From an uncultured Haloferula sp. (GTDB taxonomy: Bacteria > Verrucomicrobiota > Verrucomicrobiia > Verrucomicrobiales > Akkermansiaceae): a stretch of 64,000 bases of DNA. Within the stretch, counting starts at the first letter, position 1, and each line of letters begins with the position of its first letter. The stretch is taken from the NCBI GenBank assembly GCA_965652295.1, contig CBFGTS010000013.1, positions 1-64,000 on the forward strand, in the 5' to 3' direction. Made by a program: the position numbers and the translations under genes. This document shows positions 57,901-64,000 of the stretch, piece by piece. The notes below the pieces were generated by a model. That model was not told the origin of the DNA. It saw nothing but the letters and a program-made list of their open reading frames with translations, and searched no databases.

Positions 57901-58707
57901 CACCGCCTCCTCCTTGGGCACCATCTGCCGTTCGAGGTGGCCTTCATTGGCCTCCAGCGATCGGATCGAGGTCCGCAGCTCGGCCTCCTGAGCCGTCATT
58001 TCGACGAACTTCTTGTGACCCAGGTGCGTGTCCATGACCCGCACATCGGTCGCCAGCGTCTGGTAGCGGCGGGCCTTGGCCACCTGGCGCTTGAGCGAAT
58101 TCATCCGTCGCTCCTGCTCGGCCAGCACATCGCTGACGCGCAGCAGGTTGGCCTCGGTGTAGTCCAGCTTGCGCAGCGCGTCCTTCTTCTCACGCTTGTA
58201 TTTCGTGATCCCGGCGGCCTCCTCGAACACCGCGCGACGCTCTTCCGGCTTTGAGGAAAGGATCTGGTCGATCTGGCCCTGAGCCATGATCGAGTAGGCG
58301 GTGCGCCCGATCCCGGTGTCCATGAACAGGTCGTGGATGTCCTTCAGGCGGCAAAGCGTGCCGTTGATCCGGTACTCGGACTTACCGTCCCGAAACACCC
58401 GGCGGGTGATCGCCACCTCGTTGTAATCGACGCCCAGCGATTGCTCACAGTCGGCCATGGTCAGCGTCACCTCGGCCATGCCGAGCGGCTTGCGGCGTTC
58501 CGTGCCGTTGAAGATGACATCGGCCATTTCACCGCCGCGCAGTGCCTTCGCGGAGGTCTCGCCGAGCACCCAGCGGATGGCATCGACCACGTTCGACTTC
58601 CCGCAGCCGTTCGGACCGACGATGCCGGTCACCCCTTCATGGAATTCGAATCGCGTTTTGTCCGCGAAGGACTTGAAGCCATGGATATCGAGAGATTTGA
58701 GATACAT
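54931..58707 (-). CDS. smc: Chromosome segregation protein SMC
   Basis: GFKSF, GPNGCGKSN, hinge, LSGGE, LDELDAPLD, long coiled coils. Confidence 0.97.
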   Translation of the reverse strand: MYLKSLDIHGFKSFADKTRFEFHEGVTGIVGPNGCGKSNVVDAIRWVLGETSAKALRGGEMADVIFNGTERRKPLGMAEVTLTMADCEQSLGVDYNEVAITRRVFRDGKSEYRINGTLCRLKDIHDLFMDTGIGRTAYSIMAQGQIDQILSSKPEERRAVFEEAAGITKYKREKKDALRKLDYTEANLLRVSDVLAEQERRMNSLKRQVAKARRYQTLATDVRVMDTHLGHKKFVEMTAQEAELRTSIRSLEANEGHLERQMVPKEEAVAEAREAARNFEGQLAERRQELNEHRNALASAEGRIAFNQERRAELEGRIEQNKAEIEATREKLAQQEFDVVAANEALEALARRIAEMEIALSNQEERTAGARARRETLENQQRESRAEANRTQTVIAAMQAKIESSLAQLETSRERARQLADEEQRLQNEMEEMVMQRDQILSELDEHNRRTGEIEEALQKAERQFQHARGDLDAARTAAAEAHKTLAQRSSRLDVLRQLVASGEGFEKGTRKVLEGLGEPDRFSAGIHGVLAGFIDADKECARAIEAALGGHLQAVLVEDAALAEAVISRLTEKKLGQAKVLPREFVSASSGTQMETVPTGAIAWALDRVKIDDKVRSVVERLLERVLVVPDLATGLRLRKDLPGVSMATLAGEWVGAEGVVSGGTAGDGSVSVLERQNEVRDLESEVAALTEAEAQAKSRVEHLEGELSRLQEEHETARDRLQRHKVELSTLEGQRSLAVREVEAVETKLENVRWERGDLDQREAATQESRGSMEAELVSARDRLHACESDQSRLNGELEDARRDEAELAEALNEMRTSIAVERRAKEAQEAQQQPMEARLSELREIAVRRETEIGAFMQRIEAATGENAALAEELEQHRCEAEDLEADIQERMGQRNELLETIDIAERELSEVRKGHSRAAEQRGREEVALTKIELRIEALVNAILERHNIELASFEPDAHALLTCIASQKNNGRGRMTVVEAGEDGEESDEPAVTVVDGTGDDEIELPPMMEGEPDWDFVEACVGDLKRRLDSMGPVNLDAIEEYDELEQRHNDVRSSYEDLVNSKEELLQVIEKINEETQRRFSETFAKVKENFRDMFKELFGEQGKADLHLVDESDPLESGIEVIAKPPGKKLQSITLLSGGERSMTAVALLFSIYMIKPSPFCVLDELDAPLDESNIGRFVKVLDRFVNNSQFIIVTHSKRTMSRADVMYGVTMEEFGISKPVGMRLTASDENAPKGEAKSAAQKAALRLDA

Positions 58708-58804
58708 GCAGACAGGAGTGGGTTCGAGGTGAAACCCGGGAGGGAATCCGGGCAGCGGGCAGCGTATCGGGAAGACCGTTTCAGAAAAGCTCTGTTGGAT
58801 CAAA

Positions 58805-58852
58805 ACACTATATATAGTATCCGAGAGCGCAAATTACTACCACATCCTGTGC
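58805..58852. promoter_or_regulatory. Tandem NrdR-box-like sites upstream of smc
   Basis: ACACTATATATAGTAT (58805-58820) and CTACCACATCCTGTGC (58837-58852), 32-bp period. Confidence 0.65.
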
Positions 58853-59000
58853 CAGAGAATCCTTAACCGTCCTGAACCAAATTGCCGGGCAAGCGTCAAT
58901 CACTCCTCCGGCGGCGCGTCCCTCCTCCGCTGATGGTGCCCTCTCCCCGAAGGAAGGCGTGACGGTCGCCCGAGGCCGGACGACCCCACCTTTTTCGGCC

Positions 59001-59957
59001 TTATGAGGACCGGCGGCGGCGCAGGAAACCTGCGAGGCCGGCGACGGCGAGAAGGCCGATCGAAGGCTCGGGCACACCGGTGACGCGGACGTTGTCGATG
59101 AGCGTGACGTTGAGGAGCGTGTCGTTCGGATCGGTGGAAGAGCCCGAATTCGTGTCGGAGTGGCCAAACAGAATATTCGAGCCTCCCAGCGTGACGGTGG
59201 AAAGATCGACCGTGGCGAGCGGCAGGCCATCCATCGACCAGGTGGCGAACCCGCCTTCGACGAGGATTTCCACAGCGCGCCAGGCAAAGGCGTGCTCGCC
59301 GGCATCGGTCGTGCCGGTCTGGCCGGCAAAGAGCGCGGTTTGCGCCAGAGGCGCGGAGGTTCCACCGAAGCCGCTGTAGTAGGCATCGGAGCCGTTGGTG
59401 CTGGTGGCGTAATAAACCGGGTCGCCCGCCGGGTAGCTTGTCGGTGCCGCGGAGGAATAAGCGCGGTAATCGGAGGCCGATCCGCCATCGAGGGTGACGG
59501 CAAAGAAGACACCGTCATCGGTGGCCCCGGAGCCCGCCCAGTGAGCGGTGGTTCCGGCGGTCCCGAGGCCGGCAAGTGAGAGCTGGGTGGACCCGCTGCC
59601 GCCGGGACCGAGCGGACCGACGTAGTTCGACCACATGTGGAAGCTGATGAGGTAGTCACCCGTGAAAGACTGGCCGGTGGGCGAGACGCTGAAGCCACTG
59701 AAAACGCCGCCGGAATTGTTGGCGGTCATCTTGAGACCCACGGTGCTCCCGCTGCCGGGGGCAGAGGGCACGCCGATGGCGGAGTAGTCGTAATGAAAAT
59801 CGACGCCGATGTCCGAGAGACCGGGGTTGTTGACCGTCCAATTGGCGGTGTCGTCGATGTCGAAATCCTGCTCGAAAAGCACGGCGGCGGGAGCGGCGAG
59901 CGGGAGAAGAAGCGTGGCGGCGGCAGCCACCGGCGAGAAACGGGAGGGAGCGTTCAT
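59001..59957 (-). CDS. PEP-CTERM sorting domain protein
   Basis: Signal peptide; C-terminal VPEPS plus TM plus RRRR. Confidence 0.92.
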   Translation of the reverse strand: MNAPSRFSPVAAAATLLLPLAAPAAVLFEQDFDIDDTANWTVNNPGLSDIGVDFHYDYSAIGVPSAPGSGSTVGLKMTANNSGGVFSGFSVSPTGQSFTGDYLISFHMWSNYVGPLGPGGSGSTQLSLAGLGTAGTTAHWAGSGATDDGVFFAVTLDGGSASDYRAYSSAAPTSYPAGDPVYYATSTNGSDAYYSGFGGTSAPLAQTALFAGQTGTTDAGEHAFAWRAVEILVEGGFATWSMDGLPLATVDLSTVTLGGSNILFGHSDTNSGSSTDPNDTLLNVTLIDNVRVTGVPEPSIGLLAVAGLAGFLRRRRSS

Positions 59958-60046
59958 GAGACTGAAGGATCTGCCCCAATTCAGGACCAAAGGCAAGCCG
60001 ATGAGACGATAGGATCACCCCTCCATACCGCCGGACGGCTCTGGTT

Positions 60047-61237
60047 TCAGACCCGCCTCAGCGTGAGATGGAGGATTTCCGCCGGCGCGGCGGTCCGGAG
60101 AGGAAACCAGTTGCCCGCGCCATTGCTGATGACGGCGGCTTCGCCGGTCGGCTTGCGGTACAGGCCGGACCAGTAGCGATACATCCAGGCCCCGGGACCG
60201 ACCTCAGGGGTGATCATGACCTGGCCGCCGTGGGTGTGGCCTCCGAGCGTCAGCGGGATGCCCGCCCGCGCCGCTTCGTCGAAGGCGTGCGGGTGGTGGG
60301 CGAGAAGCAGCGGAAAGGCATCGTTGCGTCGCAAGGCGGCGGTGGCGGCGATGTCCTCGGCCATCTTTCCCTCCGATCGCGCCCAGCGGATACCGAGAAC
60401 ATCCACCGGATGTCCGCGCAAAGTCACGGGCGCGGCGGCATTCCGCAGCAGCGGAAATCCGGCGTCCTCCACCCCGCGGGCAAAAGCCTCGCGTCCCTCG
60501 AAGAGATCGTGGTTTCCTTCCACGAGAAAAAGGCCGTCTCGCGGATCGAGTCGGCGGACCATGTCGAGCGCCTCGGGCAGGTCGGCCAGGGCGTGGTCGA
60601 TGAGATCGCCGGTCAGCGCGACGAGATCGGCCTTGAGCCCGTTGGTCGCCTCGGCGAGGTCGGTGAGGATGCGGCCGTTGGTGAATTTGCCGACGTGGAC
60701 ATCGGAAACGTGGGCGATCGTGAGGCCGTCGAGATCCCGCGGCAGCCCCGGCAACGGCACCTCAAGCCGCCGGACGCGGAAGTGCCGCGTCTGAGGAATG
60801 CTGATGGCCGTGGCCCCGTAGGTCGCGATCACCGGCAGGGCCACCGCGGTGGCGGCGAGGAAGCGACGTCGATCCGGACTGGGTGCTGTGAGATCGGCGG
60901 TTTCCTCCCTCCCCCGCGAGGCGAGGTAACGACGGATTCGGACCACCGCCTGCGCCACTCCTCCGATAACCAGCCCCGGCAGCGCCACCAGAGGCAGAAA
61001 CAGCAGCCCCCACAGCAACACCGCCGCCTGAACCGCGGAGGGAACCTGCCACGGCAGGTGGCCCGAGCGGAACAGCATGATCCACAGCAAGCCGAGGAAA
61101 AGAGCGGCGGTGGCGACGGCGAAAGCGATCCGCACGGCCCTGCCCGCTTCGCGCAAAGCCCGGGTGCGGAACGCCCAGAAGAACCAGATCAGCGAAAGGA
61201 CCGGAATCCCGAGCAGGATGAGAAGAAAGAACGACAT
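60047..61237 (-). CDS. Membrane-bound metallophosphoesterase
   Basis: SDVH, TGDL, GNHD, LAHHP, GHTHGGQ; N-terminal TMs and internal RRRFL. Confidence 0.9.
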   Translation of the reverse strand: MSFFLLILLGIPVLSLIWFFWAFRTRALREAGRAVRIAFAVATAALFLGLLWIMLFRSGHLPWQVPSAVQAAVLLWGLLFLPLVALPGLVIGGVAQAVVRIRRYLASRGREETADLTAPSPDRRRFLAATAVALPVIATYGATAISIPQTRHFRVRRLEVPLPGLPRDLDGLTIAHVSDVHVGKFTNGRILTDLAEATNGLKADLVALTGDLIDHALADLPEALDMVRRLDPRDGLFLVEGNHDLFEGREAFARGVEDAGFPLLRNAAAPVTLRGHPVDVLGIRWARSEGKMAEDIAATAALRRNDAFPLLLAHHPHAFDEAARAGIPLTLGGHTHGGQVMITPEVGPGAWMYRYWSGLYRKPTGEAAVISNGAGNWFPLRTAAPAEILHLTLRRV

Positions 61238-61342
61238 CGACGGGCGAAGATCGCCAGACTTTCCCCGCAGTCCAAGGAAACCTCGCACACCGGTGACGAA
61301 TCCGGCATCACCCGGGAAGGCGGACCGGGCAGCTGACCGCCT

Positions 61343-62119
61343 TTAGAAATCCCGTTTCGTGACGGCCAACCCGCCCCATGCCAGGAAAAGCGCGGCCCAG
61401 CCGCTGCAGAGGAGCGCGAACCACGTCCCGAGGTGGTTGAGGTACCAACGTCCAAGGTCGGATGCCGAGCCCGCTTCGAAAGGAATGCGGTCGAGTTGGA
61501 GGATCGCACTGATGCGGAGGGCGTCGAGGGGGCTGGACATGAGGAAACCCAGCCACAGGTCGGGATGCTTCTCCGCCAGACCGCTCCGCGCCGCGCCGAG
61601 GGCAAGCAGGTCCGGACCGACGAGCAGGGCGAGCCACAGGCAAAGCCCGAGCATGTGTGCCTTGACGCGGTCGCGAACCGTGAAGCCTACCGCCATCCCC
61701 AGCGCCGCGAACATGATGCACGCTCCCAGAGCGTGGAGCCAGAGCAGGGTCATTTCATGAAACGGAGCACCGGCGATCGCAGCGGGAAGCACCAGCAGCA
61801 GCGTGGCTACGGCAAACATGGTACCAAGTGCCGTGAACTTCCCGAGAATGCGCCCGCTGCCGCCGATCGGCAGGCTGGCCAGGAAATCCCGCTCCTCCTC
61901 CTCGCCTTGGGCGGAGCCGACGCCGGTCAGCAGCGAAAAGAGCGGCACCATCCACAGGCAGGCCTGGAGCAGCGTGTAGCCGGCGGTCTTTTCGATCCCC
62001 GACGACATGACCACCGGGACCAGTCCGACAGTCAGGCACAACGCGGCGAACACGTGAACGAACCGGTTCAGCAGAGCGGTCCGGATCTCGCGGGAAAAAA
62101 AGGCGCTGAAAGTGTTCAT
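61343..62119 (-). CDS. nosY: ABC transporter permease, NosY-like
   Basis: Six TMs, E...FLASLPI....ILGKF, SPLDALR; follows nosD-nosF. Confidence 0.8.
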   Translation of the reverse strand: MNTFSAFFSREIRTALLNRFVHVFAALCLTVGLVPVVMSSGIEKTAGYTLLQACLWMVPLFSLLTGVGSAQGEEEERDFLASLPIGGSGRILGKFTALGTMFAVATLLLVLPAAIAGAPFHEMTLLWLHALGACIMFAALGMAVGFTVRDRVKAHMLGLCLWLALLVGPDLLALGAARSGLAEKHPDLWLGFLMSSPLDALRISAILQLDRIPFEAGSASDLGRWYLNHLGTWFALLCSGWAALFLAWGGLAVTKRDF

Positions 62120-62808
62120 ACGGCCTGTTGGAGCAAGGGTTTGAGAATCCTCGGACCATTCCGGAGATGCTCGGGATCGACCTCGCCCTCCACCCGGCCG
62201 TCGCAGCACGACAGGCAGCGGTCGGCCGCGCCTTCCCATTCGGCGAGAAGGTGGGTGGTCACCAACACCGTCTTGCCGTGGCGGGCTTCGTCACGCAGCA
62301 GCGATTGCAGGCGACCGCGCCACTCGGGATCGAGGCTCAGACCGGGCTCGTCGAGCAGGACGACCGGCGCGTCCGGCAACAGCAGCACGGCCAGTCCGAG
62401 GCGCTGGCGGAGGCCGCCGGAGAGCGACCCGGTAGGTTTCCCCCCATGCTCCACGAGCCCCGTGAGTTCGAGCATGTGATCGATCCGGCCGCGGTCCGCC
62501 CCGCGCACCCTCGCGTAAAACGCAAGCACCTGCCGACAGCTGAGCCGCGGATGAAAGGCCACGCCCTGCGGCAAATACGATAAATGCCGTTGTGCCTTGC
62601 GTCGGCCCTTGACCAGATCAACACCGTCCACGACCGCCCGGCCGGCGTCCGGCCGGACGAGTCCCGCGAGGATCCGCAGGGTGGTCGTCTTGCCGGCGCC
62701 GTTCGAGCCGATCAACAAAGTCACCTCGCCTGCCCGGGCCGTCATCGAAAGCCCGCGCAGCACCTCCTGCCGTCCGTAGTTTTTTCTCAAGTCTTCGATG
62801 GAGATCAT
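62116..62808 (-). CDS. nosF: ABC transporter ATPase, NosF-like
   Basis: GSNGAGKTT, LSGG.RQRLGLA, LLDEP, TTH. Confidence 0.85.
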   Translation of the reverse strand: MISIEDLRKNYGRQEVLRGLSMTARAGEVTLLIGSNGAGKTTTLRILAGLVRPDAGRAVVDGVDLVKGRRKAQRHLSYLPQGVAFHPRLSCRQVLAFYARVRGADRGRIDHMLELTGLVEHGGKPTGSLSGGLRQRLGLAVLLLPDAPVVLLDEPGLSLDPEWRGRLQSLLRDEARHGKTVLVTTHLLAEWEGAADRCLSCCDGRVEGEVDPEHLRNGPRILKPLLQQAV

Positions 62809-62811
62809 AAA

Positions 62812-64000
62812 TCAGGGGTGGTGGGTGCTGAGCGGGGCGGGATCCCGGATCCCCTGGACCCGGGGCAGAGCCACGTGGCTATGGGCGAATTCGATCAGCT
62901 TCAGCCCCGGGCTTCCGGAAAGCAGGCCGATCTCCGGCAGCGGCCGGCGTAACCGGCCCAGCAGATCAACCTCACGATGCGGCAATTCGCCCCTGCCGTC
63001 GCCATTGAGATCGATCGGCACGGCACCCTCCCAATGGTTGCCTACGCCGTCGAGCGCCCAACGGTTCGTGTCGCTCAGACCTCCAGCGAGTTCGGCGGAG
63101 TGCAGGTTGCCGGTGAAGACATTACGGGAAAAAACGTTGTCGTTGGAACTCGCCGTCAGCCGCACGCCGACGTAGTTGTGCTCGATCGCATTGCCCACGA
63201 GCACATTGCCGTTGTTGTTTTCCAGATAGATCCCGACGGTGTTGTTGTTGAGCTGGTTGCCCTCGATCCGGGTGGTGTCCACCGAGTTGAGCAGAAGACC
63301 ATAAGCACGAAAGCCCTCGTTGGAAACGAAGCGGTTGCCGCGCACGAGCAGGTTCTTCGAATACATGATCGCCGCTCCTGCCGCATTGTCGGAAAAGGAG
63401 TTCCCTTCGAAAACGTTGTGATCGGAATACATGTAGTGCAGCCCATAGCGAACTCCCTTGATCTTGTTGGCCCGGACCGTGGTGTGATCGGTGAAGGAGA
63501 AATACATCCCGTCGCGGGTGTCGGCGATCGTGTTGCCATCGAGTTCGCATTCATGGCTGTTCCAGAGGTGGATGCCATTGCCGCGCGAGTTGATATTGAG
63601 CACCGAGCAAAGGTCCGGGCTGTCGGCGACGATCGCGGTCGAGGTCGGGCGCTTCGCCGTCGGCAGCGTGGTCTTGCCGTGGATGTCGTTGCGGACCACC
63701 CGGCAGCCGGTCACTTTCTTCAGGTAGATTCCGTGCAGCACGTCGATGACCCGGTTGCCGGCGATGGAGGCGCGGTCGCCGGTGACGTGGATGCCGGCGT
63801 GATCTTTCGACAAATCGGTGCCCGAATGGGCGATCACCAGGCCGCGCAGCGTGACGTCCGCGGCACGGATGGAAATCACGTGGCCGTCCCCTCCGCCATC
63901 AATCCGCGGCCAGCCGCGGCCGACCAGCCGGATCGGTTTGTCGATCACCAGCGGGCCGGCGTGATCGCCGGGGCCGACCTCAAGGGTCGCACCCGGCACC
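62812..64000 (-). CDS. nosD: Nitrous oxide reductase maturation protein NosD (5' end outside the window)
   Basis: Beta-helix repeats, RGNGIHLWNS, RDGMY, RYGLHYMYS, GN.W...DLNGDGRGE. Confidence 0.9.
   Translation of the reverse strand, partial: VPGATLEVGPGDHAGPLVIDKPIRLVGRGWPRIDGGGDGHVISIRAADVTLRGLVIAHSGTDLSKDHAGIHVTGDRASIAGNRVIDVLHGIYLKKVTGCRVVRNDIHGKTTLPTAKRPTSTAIVADSPDLCSVLNINSRGNGIHLWNSHECELDGNTIADTRDGMYFSFTDHTTVRANKIKGVRYGLHYMYSDHNVFEGNSFSDNAAGAAIMYSKNLLVRGNRFVSNEGFRAYGLLLNSVDTTRIEGNQLNNNTVGIYLENNNGNVLVGNAIEHNYVGVRLTASSNDNVFSRNVFTGNLHSAELAGGLSDTNRWALDGVGNHWEGAVPIDLNGDGRGELPHREVDLLGRLRRPLPEIGLLSGSPGLKLIEFAHSHVALPRVQGIRDPAPLSTHHP

Noticed and set aside
59957..60046. Sigma-54/PrsR-type control site for the PEP-CTERM gene
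   Set aside because: No convincing TGGCAC-N5-TTGC element in the short intergenic region

Overview
High-GC chromosomal segment, probably from a verrucomicrobium (Haloferula/Luteolibacter-like). This assignment is inferred from the PEP-CTERM protein, DUF1080, lineage-type helical-repeat proteins and the weak Shine-Dalgarno usage. Most of the window is housekeeping: folP, metY, an aspC-type aminotransferase, prmA, tRNA-Gly(GCC), trpC, fabV, fabG, hprK-ptsH-ptsI, sixA, pepP, nadK, trxB and smc. It also carries two TonB-dependent receptors, a DUF3450/TtpC-type TonB-ExbBD-TPR operon, creBC and the 3' end of a nos cluster (nosD-F-Y). The main leads are: (1) a non-coding first kilobase with a diverged ~186-bp tandem duplication of GGGGGAG/CTCCCCC-loop hairpins plus a separate multi-hairpin RNA candidate; (2) a CxxC and C-terminal polyproline small ORF directly upstream of a TonB receptor, a candidate metal-sensing arrest peptide of the CruR/CutF type; (3) tandem NrdR-like boxes 32 bp apart upstream of smc; (4) a GTGG-REP/REPIN family with compensatory changes, one pair read in frame at the 5' end of a ttpC-like gene and one supplying the folP stop codon, plus an IS200/RAYT-like tnpA inside its own structured inverted repeats; and (5) a membrane-anchored PD-(D/E)xK protein coupled to a pyrimidine-nucleoside phosphorylase. 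All product calls come from motif recognition by eye; no searches were run.
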